A program made the position numbers and the translations under genes. A DNA stretch of 64,000 nucleotides from Anaerovoracaceae bacterium (GTDB lineage: Bacteria; Actinomycetota; Coriobacteriia; Coriobacteriales; Eggerthellaceae). Under the pieces are notes generated by a model, which was not told the origin of the DNA, ran no database searches, and saw only the letters and a program-made list of their open reading frames with translations. Numbering within the stretch: the stretch's first letter is position 1; each line of letters begins with the position of its first letter. The stretch covers positions 2,972 to 66,971 of the forward strand of contig CAVCPR010000003.1 in assembly GCA_963604235.1 (NCBI GenBank), read 5' to 3'. Positions 23,963-33,085 of the stretch are shown here, in pieces.

Positions 23963-25180
23963 TTATTCCTCTTCAAGTCCCTCGTGAATGCCGCAGAAAC
24001 GGCTGTCCGGACGAGCGTGGTTGCGGCAACGCACCCCCGCCTCGTCCACATAGGCGCACAGCTCGTCGTCTTCCTCGACATCTTCTTCGTCGATGAACAT
24101 GTTGCCTTCGGGCATAAGCGGCTGGCCGGTGAAGCTGGCGGACTTGATGTCGATGTGCCAACCGGTCAGGCGCGCGGCGAGGCGGGCGTTCTGGCCCTCC
24201 TTGCCGATGGCGAGCGAAAGCTGATCGTCGGGCACGATGACCGTTGCGTAGTTGTTCTCCTCGTCGACGAGCACATGGTCGACCTTCGCCGGGGACAGCG
24301 CATTGGCGACGTAGACCGCCGGATCCTCGGCCCACTGGATGACGTCGACGCGTTCGTTGCGCAGCTCCTCGACGACCATGCGCACGCGGCTGCCTTTCGG
24401 GCCGACGCAAGCGCCAACCGGGTCGAGATTATGTTCGCGCGACGCGACGGCAACCTTCGAGCGGGCGCCGGGCTCGCGGGCGATGGACTTGATCTCGACA
24501 AGGCCGTCGTAAATTTCCGGTACCTCGATCTCGAACAGACGGCGGATAAGGTCGGGGTGCGTGCGGGACACGACAATGGCGGGACGCGCCTGCTCGCCGC
24601 GCATACGCGGCGCATCCGAGGTACCGGGGTCGCGCACGTCGATGATGAGCACCTTGAGGCGCTGATTGTGACGGTAGTGCTCGCCGGCGGGGCGCTCGTT
24701 GCGCTCGCCCGGGTAGCGCTTGACGTCGTAATGGGGCAGCTCGGCCTCGACGCCGTCGCGAATTTTCACGATGGTGAAGTCGGGCGTGCCCTGCAGTACG
24801 GTGCAGGTGACCAGATCGCCCACGCGACCCGAGAACTCCTCGTAGATCGACTGGCGACCGGCCTCGCGAACGATGGAGGAAATGACGCTCTTGGCATTCT
24901 GCGCGGCAATGCGGCTCACATCGGACGGCGTAACGTCGCGCTCGGTGAACTCGGAGTACTCGCCGGTCTCCTCGTCGGGCTCTCCAACGGGAACAAGCTC
25001 GTAGACGTAGATTTTGCCGCTCTGGCGGTCGATGGTGACGCGAGCGTCCCATTCGAGGTCCAGAATATGCTGGTAGCTTTTCGCCAGCGATGCTTCCAGA
25101 CGCTCGATCAGGTAGAACTCATCGATCTTGCGCTCATGAGCCAAAGCCTGCAGCGCCTCGATCAACTCGGAACTTGCCAC
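23963..25180 (-). CDS. nusA: Transcription termination/antitermination factor NusA
   Basis: N-terminal domain (SSELIEALQALAHERKI), then S1 and two KH domains (GACVGPKGSRVRMVVEEL; AIGKEGQNARLAARLTG). The likely start is GTG 25180, 8 nt after GAAAGGAC. The track start 25201 is a TTG. Confidence 0.94.
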   Translation of the reverse strand: MASSELIEALQALAHERKIDEFYLIERLEASLAKSYQHILDLEWDARVTIDRQSGKIYVYELVPVGEPDEETGEYSEFTERDVTPSDVSRIAAQNAKSVISSIVREAGRQSIYEEFSGRVGDLVTCTVLQGTPDFTIVKIRDGVEAELPHYDVKRYPGERNERPAGEHYRHNQRLKVLIIDVRDPGTSDAPRMRGEQARPAIVVSRTHPDLIRRLFEIEVPEIYDGLVEIKSIAREPGARSKVAVASREHNLDPVGACVGPKGSRVRMVVEELRNERVDVIQWAEDPAVYVANALSPAKVDHVLVDEENNYATVIVPDDQLSLAIGKEGQNARLAARLTGWHIDIKSASFTGQPLMPEGNMFIDEEDVEEDDELCAYVDEAGVRCRNHARPDSRFCGIHEGLEEE

Positions 25181-25207
25181 GATTGTTGTCCTTTCTATCA
25201 AAAGCCC

Positions 25208-25678
25208 TTACGAGCTGAAATCCACCATGCCCTTGAGATGCGCACGCTTCATGTCGGAATGCGCAAGCGTAACCTCCGCGCCATCGACATCGAGCACCAC
25301 GTCCTCGCCTTCAGCGGAGACGATCACTCCGGTGAAGTTGCTGCGCCCCTCGATGGGGTGGCCCATCTTGACCACGCAGGTATCGCCGACGAAACGCTTG
25401 AAATGCTCCATCGTTCGCAACGGTCGATCGATGCCCGGAGAAGACACCTCGAGCGTATACGCGCCGGGGAACGGATCGAGCGCATCCATGATGTCGTTGA
25501 TCCATGCCTGCGCGCTGGCGAGTTCGTCGAAGCTCACGCCGCTTTCGGTATCGATGAACACGCGGATGGTCGGCGCCTTCTTTGCACCAACCACCGAAAC
25601 GGTGACGATCTCGACGCCTTCCGCAGCGGCGCGCGGCGCAAGCGCGTCAAGCAGCTCGGATTCTTTTTTGCTCAGCAC
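25208..25678 (-). CDS. rimP: Ribosome maturation factor RimP
   Basis: 156 aa, first gene of the rimP-nusA-infB operon, with the RimP-like motif YTLEVSSPGIDRPL. Confidence 0.92.
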   Translation of the reverse strand: MLSKKESELLDALAPRAAAEGVEIVTVSVVGAKKAPTIRVFIDTESGVSFDELASAQAWINDIMDALDPFPGAYTLEVSSPGIDRPLRTMEHFKRFVGDTCVVKMGHPIEGRSNFTGVIVSAEGEDVVLDVDGAEVTLAHSDMKRAHLKGMVDFSS

Positions 25679-25868
25679 GCGTTGCTCCTTTCCGGGGTAC
25701 TACAACAAAAAAAGCGGGTAAGAACCCACTTTCCTCATCTACGAAAGTATGGTGCGCATCAATCGATGCACGTGCTTGCATGCAATACATATATAACACG
25801 AACTCAATGCGGTGCACAGTCTTGCGTGCGGATAAGCGCAGATAATCACAAGAATCGCTCAACCTGCC

Positions 25869-26561
25869 TTATACGATGGCACAAACCGAAGCGCAAACGA
25901 ACTCGCACGCGCAAGTGCGTTCGCAGACGTCGAAGGCCTCGGGGGTCACCGACACGACCGCTCCGCAGGAAACGGAGGTGAATCCGGCGGCAAGGCACGC
26001 TCCTTTAAACGCATCGAGGGAACGAGCCCGAGCGAACACATTGCCGATCTCGTCCTCCAAAGGTGCGCTCGCGCGCATGCTCTCGCCAGCGGAAAAAATG
26101 CCATCGGCGACCCAAAGGCGCCCGCCGCTTGCCAAGACGCGACGAAACTCCGCCAGGGCAAGCTCCAAATTCCAACACAGGTTGATCGCAGAGTTGATAT
26201 AGACAACGTCGTAGAAGCGATCCGAGACTCCGGCAGCGGAAAGATCCTCGGGCCAAGCTTGAGAAAAGCGCAGATAGGAAGCCCAACGACTACCCGCCCA
26301 GTGATTTTGCTCGGCGCGGGCGCGGGCGCGGGCGACATTGTCGGAATCGGGATCAACCCCGAGCACAAAGCCCTCCTGCCCCGTGTAGTCGGAAAGCTCA
26401 TAAGCGCCTTTGCCCTTGCGGCAGCAAACGTCCAACACGCGCCTGCCGGCAAGGTCGGGCGGCAAGGCCATCGCGCAGCGCCCCGCATGACCGGGCATCC
26501 CGGAAAGCCGCCGATAGTACGCCCGCATAGCCTCATGATTGAGCTGATCCATACCATGCAT
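25869..26561 (-). CDS. Putative class-I SAM-dependent methyltransferase with atypical motif I and a Cys-rich C-terminus
   Basis: The Rossmann MTase pattern is RRVLDVCCRKGKGAYEL ... FVLGVDPD ... YDVVYINSAINL ... LASGGRLWV. The last 25 aa read CERTCACEFVCASVCAIV. I moved the start to ATG 26561 (MHGMDQL); the track start is 26702. Confidence 0.55.
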   Translation of the reverse strand: MHGMDQLNHEAMRAYYRRLSGMPGHAGRCAMALPPDLAGRRVLDVCCRKGKGAYELSDYTGQEGFVLGVDPDSDNVARARARAEQNHWAGSRWASYLRFSQAWPEDLSAAGVSDRFYDVVYINSAINLCWNLELALAEFRRVLASGGRLWVADGIFSAGESMRASAPLEDEIGNVFARARSLDAFKGACLAAGFTSVSCGAVVSVTPEAFDVCERTCACEFVCASVCAIV

Positions 26562-26750
26562 CCCCACGTTCGATGTTGTCGTCACCGCAATGCATAATAG
26601 CGCACGAAAAGATCGCGGCAGACATGAACCGATCACGATAAAACGGAAACGGATTAGTGGTATTTCAAGGGTCATGATTGCGAAACTGTCCCTGCCGGGC
26701 ATCTCCGATTAGCGTTACAGTAGCGCCATCGCGAACGAAAGGACGGAACT

Positions 26751-27170
26751 ATGACCGAACTCACTCCCGAATATGCGGCGGAACTCATGAACAACATCCC
26801 CGCCGGGCAAACCGAATTCCGCGAGGCGGTGACCATCAAGCAATCCGATCCGGGCAGCGTCGTTTACGACATCGACGTGCCGCAAAGCCAGGCGAACCTG
26901 CACGGCACCATCTTCGGCGGGTTCATCAGCTGCATGCTCGAGGCTGCAGCAGGCATGGCAACCTATGCGTACGGGGTTTCCAACGTCGCCATCACCACCG
27001 CAACGAATTTCATTCGCGCGGTCCAGCCGCAGCTTCTCACCGTGAGCGCGCACACGACGCATAAGGGTCGCACCACCACGGTCTGCCACATCGACATCAA
27101 AACCCAGGAAGGCAAAACGGTAGCGGAAAGCACGTTCACCATGTTCATCTTGGGGCCTTTAGAGAAATAA
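26751..27170 (+). CDS. PaaI-family hot-dog acyl-CoA thioesterase
   Basis: 139 aa with the PaaI/YigI-type motif NLHGTIFGGFISCMLEAAAG and a C-terminal beta-sheet (GRTTTVCHIDIKTQEGKTVAEST). GAAAGGAC RBS. Confidence 0.8.
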   Translation: MTELTPEYAAELMNNIPAGQTEFREAVTIKQSDPGSVVYDIDVPQSQANLHGTIFGGFISCMLEAAAGMATYAYGVSNVAITTATNFIRAVQPQLLTVSAHTTHKGRTTTVCHIDIKTQEGKTVAESTFTMFILGPLEK

Positions 27171-27231
27171 CCGTCGGTGCAAAAAGCACCGACGCGCCAC
27201 CGCGCGAACGCTTCGGGTGGGGTAAACAAAA

Positions 27232-27266
27232 AGACTTCCCCTGATTACCAGGGGAAGTCTTTTTTC
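27232..27266. terminator. Bidirectional intrinsic terminator between the thioesterase gene (+) and fixX (-)
   Basis: AAACAAAA-AGACTTCCCCTG-ATTAC-CAGGGGAAGTCT-TTTTTT: a 12-bp stem flanked by an A-tract and a T-tract. Confidence 0.8.
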
Positions 27267-27292
27267 ATGCAGCAATATCGATGCCAATCGGC

Positions 27293-27604
27293 CTAGCCGA
27301 AGCGGTACTCGATACCCATCGTCGGGCCGGGGTTGACCCACTTCTTGATGATGGTGCCTTCACAGGCGATGCGGCACGTGCCGCACTCGAGGCAGCCGGC
27401 GTAATCGAAGGACTTATGACCGTCCTCGTCGATCTTGTACAGCGCAGCCGGGCACACGCGCACGAGCTTGAGGAACTCCTCATGGTCGACCTTGTCGATG
27501 TCCTCCTCGCACAGCTCGATATGCGGGGTTTCCTCGTCGACCTCGTACTTGTTGACGGACAGCGCCTCATCGACGTTGACCGTGATTTCGCAAACCTTGC
27601 TCAC
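27293..27604 (-). CDS. fixX: Ferredoxin-like protein FixX
   Basis: 103 aa with the FixX-type Cys pattern (VCPAALY ... YAGCLECGTCRIAC). Its start overlaps the fixC stop. Confidence 0.85.
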   Translation of the reverse strand: MSKVCEITVNVDEALSVNKYEVDEETPHIELCEEDIDKVDHEEFLKLVRVCPAALYKIDEDGHKSFDYAGCLECGTCRIACEGTIIKKWVNPGPTMGIEYRFG

Positions 27605-28908
27605 AGCGCCTTCACCGCCTTACGAACCTCGCCGCCAAGCTTGAACAGCCCACGCTTCTTGATAATGGGCATCATGCGCTTCATGAGCGGCTTCTGGGGC
27701 TGACCGTCAACGCTGAACATAGCGTTGAAGATTTCCTTCACCATCACCGGGTAATCGGTGAACATGGAGTCCCACTCCTCCATGACGTGCGGCCACTTGG
27801 AGAACGTGCGCAGGTCCTGGATGACAAACGAGCCCTCCATGGCGTCCTTGTAAGACGCAAGGCCGGCAGCGGAGGTGTCGCCGGCGTCGATGGCCTTGAT
27901 GGCGGCCTCAGCAGCCATGCGGCCGGAAGCCACGGCGAAGTCCATGCCGCGCACCTGGTAGCCCATGTTCATGCACAGACCGGCAGTCTCGCCGGCAATG
28001 AGGCAGCCGTCGAAGATGTACTTCGGAATCATGTTGTAGCCGCCCTCGGGAACCATATGACCGGAATGCTCGGTCATCTTGGCGCCCTTGATGATGGGGG
28101 CAACGGCCGGATGGTTCTTGAAGTCCTCGAGCATCTGGTAAACCGGCACCTCGTTGCGGCTGCCGTCGGCAGCCAGAGAGATGGTGGCCACGAGACCGAG
28201 GCTGATGGAGTCCTTGTTGGTGTACAGGAAGCCGCCACCAACGCTGCCCTTGGTGCAATCGCCCACGAACAGCATGGCCGCACCCTCGCCCTCGGGGAGC
28301 AGGAAGCGATCCTCGATGGTCTGCGAAGGAAGCTCGAAGACTTCCTTGATGCCGACGGCCATCTGATTGGCCTTCGGACGCGGGTTGCCCAGGCAGCGCT
28401 CGGAGAGCATGGAGTTCGTGCCCTCGGCCAGGATGACCACCTGCGCGGTGATCTCGTCCTCGCCGGCGCGAACGCCCACGACGCGACCGGCGTCGTCCTT
28501 GATGAGCTCCTCAACGGCGATGCCGCAGATGTACTCGGCACCGGCATCCTCGGCCTGCTCGGCAATCCACTGGTCGAAGGGACCGCGCAGCACGGAGTAG
28601 GAGTCCTTGCCCTCTTCGCCAAGCTCGGCGGAGGTGAAGTCGATGGTCATGTTGGACGTGGGGTCCATCATGGCGATGCGCTCGTGCGTGATCTTGCGCT
28701 CGACAGGGGCCTCAGTCTCGAAGTTCGGGAAGACCTGCTTGAGCGAGTGGGAATAGATGCGGCCGCCGGTCATGTTCTTGGCGCCGGCGAAGTTGCCGCG
28801 CTCCACGACCAGGACGGACTTACCCGCGGATGCGGCGACATACGCCGCCACGCCGCCGGCGCAACCGGAGCCCACGACGATGACGTCGAAATCAGCTTCT
28901 TCAGCCAC
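27601..28908 (-). CDS. fixC: FAD-dependent oxidoreductase FixC (electron-transfer-flavoprotein:quinone oxidoreductase-like)
   Basis: 435 aa with the FAD fold FDVIVVGSGCAGGVAA and FixC/YdiS-like length and layout. GTG start after GAAAGGAC. Confidence 0.88.
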   Translation of the reverse strand: MAEEADFDVIVVGSGCAGGVAAYVAASAGKSVLVVERGNFAGAKNMTGGRIYSHSLKQVFPNFETEAPVERKITHERIAMMDPTSNMTIDFTSAELGEEGKDSYSVLRGPFDQWIAEQAEDAGAEYICGIAVEELIKDDAGRVVGVRAGEDEITAQVVILAEGTNSMLSERCLGNPRPKANQMAVGIKEVFELPSQTIEDRFLLPEGEGAAMLFVGDCTKGSVGGGFLYTNKDSISLGLVATISLAADGSRNEVPVYQMLEDFKNHPAVAPIIKGAKMTEHSGHMVPEGGYNMIPKYIFDGCLIAGETAGLCMNMGYQVRGMDFAVASGRMAAEAAIKAIDAGDTSAAGLASYKDAMEGSFVIQDLRTFSKWPHVMEEWDSMFTDYPVMVKEIFNAMFSVDGQPQKPLMKRMMPIIKKRGLFKLGGEVRKAVKAL

Positions 28909-28948
28909 GTTGCGTCCTTTCGTATTTGGGGTTTCTCGTCTTAGGGAA

Positions 28949-29011
28949 GCTGCCCGTTTCGCGCAGGTTTAACGATGGGCTGCATCGCAAAACGCGCGCG
29001 AAGCGGGCAGC
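28949..29011 (-). repeat. 16-bp inverted repeat (one G-U position) in the etfA-fixC spacer
   Basis: GCTGCCCGTTTCGCGC (28949-28964) pairs with GCGCGAAGCGGGCAGC (28996-29011). The 31-nt loop contains its own small dyad, CGATGGGCTGCATCG. Confidence 0.6.
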
Positions 29012-29101
29012 GTGGGCGGGGAAGCGCCTGTAGAGCACTCCCCCGCTTTCGCATTCGGCAGCGCTTATGCTACCGAACATCGCCTATTCGGCGGATAACG
29101 C

Positions 29102-29983
29102 TTAGAGAGCAGCGTTGAGAGCCGGCAGGACAGCGTCGATGTCGCCGACGATACCGAAGTCGCACTGCTTGAACACCGGAGCGTTCTTATCCTTGTTGAT
29201 GGCGACGACGCAGCCGGAGCGGTTGCAGCCGACCATGTGCTGCATCTGACCGGAAATACCGGCGGCAACATAGAGCTTCGGGGAAACCGTGATGCCGGAA
29301 ACGCCGACGTACAGCTCGGTGGGCAGCCAGTTGACGCCCTCAGTGAGCGGACGGGAGCAGGCGATGGCGCCGCCGAGCTTGTCAGCCAGCTCGCGAGCCA
29401 TATCGAGCTTGCCCTCTTCGCTAAAGCCACGGCCGCAGGCAACGACGACGTCGGACTTCGTCGGGTCGGCAGCGGTCTTCTCGCGCTCGACGGTGGCGGT
29501 CACGGCAGCGGCGCGCTCGGGAGCAACCCAAGCGACATCCTCGGCAGCGCCGGCACCAGCGGCCTTAGAGGCGTCGCAAACGCCAGCGGCCACAACGTAC
29601 ACCTGCTTGTCGCCAGCAGCCTTCTGCACGCGCTCGGCAACGCCGCCGAAGTACGTGCCACGGCCACCCTCAGCGGTGAGGGCGACGGTAGCGGCAGCAG
29701 CGGCCGTGCCCAGCTTGGCAGCCAGACGACCGGCGATAACCTTGCCGCGGCGGGTAGCCTCGACCAGCAAGACGTCGGCAGCCTCGGCAGCGCCAGCAAG
29801 CGCGTAGGCGGCGTCGTCGACCAGAGCACCGGCCGGAACGGCAACATTGAGAACCTTGTCGGAAGCGCCCTCGACAGCGCCGCCGAAGCAGACCAGGGAG
29901 ACCTCGTCGGCGCCCAGCTCGCGCGCGCCGCCGGCCAGCTCGCGGGCAACGTCCACGTGCTCAGCGATAACCAATGCCTTCAT
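29102..29983 (-). CDS. etfA: Electron transfer flavoprotein alpha subunit (FixB/YdiR-like)
   Basis: 293 aa with the C-terminal FAD-binding signature LYVAAGISGQMQHMVGC. It has no N-terminal ferredoxin domain. Confidence 0.9.
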   Translation of the reverse strand: MKALVIAEHVDVARELAGGARELGADEVSLVCFGGAVEGASDKVLNVAVPAGALVDDAAYALAGAAEAADVLLVEATRRGKVIAGRLAAKLGTAAAAATVALTAEGGRGTYFGGVAERVQKAAGDKQVYVVAAGVCDASKAAGAGAAEDVAWVAPERAAAVTATVEREKTAADPTKSDVVVACGRGFSEEGKLDMARELADKLGGAIACSRPLTEGVNWLPTELYVGVSGITVSPKLYVAAGISGQMQHMVGCNRSGCVVAINKDKNAPVFKQCDFGIVGDIDAVLPALNAAL

Positions 29984-30007
29984 GTATCAGCACCTATCCT
30001 TTCGGGT

Positions 30008-30751
30008 TTACAGAGCAGCCTTGATGGCGGCGGCCAGCTTCTCGATGGCGCCGTCGTCGGCAGCGTCGACGATTTCCTGCTTGCGGGCAACCTGCTCGGG
30101 AGCCAGGCACTCGACGGTGGTCAGCGCGGCAGCCGGAGCGGCGTCGGCACCGGAAACGTCCATCGGCTTCTTGCCGGCGGCCAGGATGTCCTTCATGCCC
30201 GGGATGCGCGGCTCGGCGACATCGGGGGTGACGGAGATGACGGCGGGCAGGGAAACCTCGACGGTCTCGGTGCAGTCTTCCAGAGCGCGGACGACAGTCG
30301 CCTTGTCACCGGCGATCTCGACCTTCGCAGCGGCGGTCACGACCGGCCAGCCGAGCTTCTCGGCGAGCTGCACGTCGACCTGCTGCACGTAGTTGTCGGC
30401 GGAACCGTCGCCGCACAGGACCACGTCCACGTCGCCGGCCTTGCCGAGCACGTCGGCCAGGGCAGCAGCCGTAGCAGCGGCGTCCAGGTCGGCCAGAGCG
30501 TCGTCGGCAGCCATGTAGAGGTGCTCCATGCCGCGGGCCATGACGTCCTTCTTCAGCTTGGAGTTGTCGATGTCCTTGCCGCCGACGGTGATGGCAACGG
30601 CCTCGTCAGCGAGCTGGGCACCAAGCTCCAGCGCGTTCTTGTCGTACTCGGAAATGGTCAGCTTCGCCTTGGAGAAGTCCAGCGTGCGGTCACCCGCAAC
30701 CTGGACGTCCTGGGCGTCGGGAACGGCCTTGAAAGCCACAGCGATCCTCAT
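30008..30751 (-). CDS. etfB: Electron transfer flavoprotein beta subunit (FixA/YdiQ-like)
   Basis: 247 aa, FixA-like (MRIAVAFKAVPDAQDV..., VVLCGDGSADNYVQQV, PAVISVTPD..PRIPGMKDILAAGKKP). Confidence 0.9.
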   Translation of the reverse strand: MRIAVAFKAVPDAQDVQVAGDRTLDFSKAKLTISEYDKNALELGAQLADEAVAITVGGKDIDNSKLKKDVMARGMEHLYMAADDALADLDAAATAAALADVLGKAGDVDVVLCGDGSADNYVQQVDVQLAEKLGWPVVTAAAKVEIAGDKATVVRALEDCTETVEVSLPAVISVTPDVAEPRIPGMKDILAAGKKPMDVSGADAAPAAALTTVECLAPEQVARKQEIVDAADDGAIEKLAAAIKAAL

Positions 30752-30881
30752 GGAATCCGTCCTTTCGTAAAGACTAACTTACGCTACATTCAACCTGCCG
30801 CGGCGCGGCAGGTCAGATGCTAAGGGGTAATGATAGGGCGCCTTGCGCATTCGCAAGGTGCCCCAAAACACATTCGACGCT

Positions 30882-32036
30882 CTATTCGGCGTACTTCTTG
30901 GCAACCTGACGGCCGGCGATGTAGGCCATGATCTCGTGCGTGCCGCCACCGAACATGTTGCCGCGCATGTCAGCCCACAGACGACCGACGCGAACCTCGG
31001 TGGTGTAGCCAAGGCCGGCATAGATCTGCAGGGCGGCGTCGGCGACCTCGAAGCAGGCGGAGCAGCCATAGCGCTTGAGCATGGCGCTCTCGAGCTGCAC
31101 GGACTGGCCGTTGTCCATCATCCACAGCGTCTTGTACAGCATGTTGCGGGTGTTCTGGACCTTGATCTCCATGTCGGTGAGCAGCTCCTGGATCATCTGC
31201 AGCTTGGAGATCGGCTTACCGAAGGCGATGCGCTGGTTGGCGTACTTGGCGGCGTCCTCGAGGGCAGCCTGAGCCAGGCCAACCTGCTCGGCGACGATGT
31301 AGGCGCGCTCGACCTCGAAGTTCTTCATGAGCATCATGAAGCCCTTGCCCGGCTCGCCCATGCGCTGATCCTCGGTCAGCACGACGTCGTCGAGGTACAC
31401 CTCGCAGAACGGGATGCACTGCTGGCCGATCTTGTGCAGCGGGGCGGTGGTCACGCCGGGGGTGTCCATCTTGACCATCCACAGCGACATGTTGTTGTTG
31501 TCGTGGGAGGGATCCTCGTCCTTGGCGATGACGATGGTGTAGGGCAGAACGGCGCCCATGGTCACCCACGTCTTCTGGCCGGACAGCTTGTAGGTGCCGT
31601 CAGCCTGCTTCTTGGCAACGCAGGTCATGGAGCGGTTGTCGGAACCGGCGCCCGGCTCGGAGATGGACAGAGAGGCGATCGGCCAGCCGGTCTCCATGTA
31701 GTGCTCCATGGCTTCCTGCTTCTGGGCCTCGGTGCCGAACTCCATGATGTCGAACATGGACAGGGAGTTCTGATACAGGATGTGCATGCAGCCGCTCTTG
31801 TGATACAGACGCTCGAGCATAAGGCCGATGGTCACGCGATCCATCGGGATTCCGCCGTACTCCTCGGGGATGCCCATCAGACCGAAGCCGGCATCGCGAT
31901 ACGCCTCGGCGATCTCCTGCGGCATGCCGTGATCCTCGTACATCTTCTTGACAACGTCCTCGGTGAAGTAACGCTCGCAGAACTCGTCCACGCTTTCGAG
32001 CAGCATCTGCTGCTCATCGGTCAAATTGAAGTCCAT
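30882..32036 (-). CDS. Acyl-CoA dehydrogenase family protein, CaiA/YdiO-like (probable enoyl-CoA reductase)
   Basis: 384 aa with MDFNLTDEQ, SISEPGAGSD, AAKYANQRIAFGKPISKLQMIQE and a C-terminal FGGGTHEIMAYIAGRQ. These closely resemble E. coli CaiA and YdiO as I recall them. It is the first gene of the operon with etfBA-fixCX. Confidence 0.88.
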   Translation of the reverse strand: MDFNLTDEQQMLLESVDEFCERYFTEDVVKKMYEDHGMPQEIAEAYRDAGFGLMGIPEEYGGIPMDRVTIGLMLERLYHKSGCMHILYQNSLSMFDIMEFGTEAQKQEAMEHYMETGWPIASLSISEPGAGSDNRSMTCVAKKQADGTYKLSGQKTWVTMGAVLPYTIVIAKDEDPSHDNNNMSLWMVKMDTPGVTTAPLHKIGQQCIPFCEVYLDDVVLTEDQRMGEPGKGFMMLMKNFEVERAYIVAEQVGLAQAALEDAAKYANQRIAFGKPISKLQMIQELLTDMEIKVQNTRNMLYKTLWMMDNGQSVQLESAMLKRYGCSACFEVADAALQIYAGLGYTTEVRVGRLWADMRGNMFGGGTHEIMAYIAGRQVAKKYAE

Positions 32037-32431
32037 CTTCTCTCCTTGTGCTCGAACTTGCTTACAGCTCTTGCTTCACGACAGCACACAGCTGCCGCCT
32101 TCGGCATGTACTATACGCGCCGAAAATTGAGTAATAACCGGTCAGATTTTTGTATTTGTGTAACAATTTACCCAAAAGGGCTTATATAGGTAAAAGCAAT
32201 AATGAACGGGTCGTTTCTATAGGTTGCGCGAATAATTGCGTTGACCAGGCTTTTTGTAGCTAATTATAAAATGATTCGCCCAATGGCGCACCAAAAACGC
32301 CAGCGCAAGCAATTCGGTCACTTGTTCGTAACTGTCCATCTACCGTATACTATATGTGGCTTGAAACAGAGATTGATCCATCTCCATCAGGCATTTCCCC
32401 CAACCGTCGAAGCGCAAAGGAGCGTGCAATC

Positions 32432-33085
32432 ATGGGTTCGACCGACACCATGGCGCTTTTGGGTAATTCGTTCATCGAGCTTGCGGAGCACTCCCCCATC
32501 GAAAAGATCTCGGTTTCGGACATAGTGAGCACTTCGGGGAAAAACCGCAAGACTTTCTACTACCACTTCGAGGGCAAGGAAAGCCTCATCCGCTGGATCT
32601 TCCGCAAGGACCTCGCCGATACGCTCATGGCCAACATAGACGTCGAGGAGCTTGTCTACGAGCGACAAGGCGATGGAGCCTATCCCGACTTACCTTATTA
32701 TGTGTGTCGCAAAGTGGGCGTGCGCAGCCTCGATGGCTCGGCGTTTTCCGAAATGCTCGCGACGTGCCTGCAAAACCGCCGCTCCTTTTACAGCAAAGTG
32801 CTCAGGTTCACCGGGCCGGACAGCCTGCAGGCGTATATGCGCCACCTTTACGTCCCGGCACTGACGGCGGATATCCGCTTCATCCTGTCGAACCGCTACC
32901 TATCCGAGGCCAACGTGCGCTTCCTCGCGGAGTTCTACACCGGAGCCATCCTCACCTACATCATAGACAAAGTATGTGACCCCACCTGCACCGACATCCT
33001 GGCCGACGTAAAGCCGTTCCAGAACATCGTGCACTCGTCGCTGGAGAGCGAAATCAAGAAGCAGCAGCTGCAGCGCGTGCTGTAG
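32432..33085 (+). CDS. TetR/AcrR-family transcriptional regulator (DhaS-like subgroup)
   Basis: N-terminal HTH (ISVSDIVSTSGKNRKTFYYHFEGKESLIRWIF). I moved the start to ATG 32432 (AAAGGAG RBS). It is divergent from the acd1-etf-fix operon across a 395-bp AT-rich region. Confidence 0.8.
   Translation: MGSTDTMALLGNSFIELAEHSPIEKISVSDIVSTSGKNRKTFYYHFEGKESLIRWIFRKDLADTLMANIDVEELVYERQGDGAYPDLPYYVCRKVGVRSLDGSAFSEMLATCLQNRRSFYSKVLRFTGPDSLQAYMRHLYVPALTADIRFILSNRYLSEANVRFLAEFYTGAILTYIIDKVCDPTCTDILADVKPFQNIVHSSLESEIKKQQLQRVL

Noticed and set aside
30792-30802. AACCTGCCGCG occurs both in the acd1-etfB spacer (30792-30802) and in the ilvC-serA terminator (47483-47493), which could suggest a repeated element.
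   Set aside because: A single 11-mer match between two GC-rich hairpins has no extended similarity around it, so chance is the simplest explanation.
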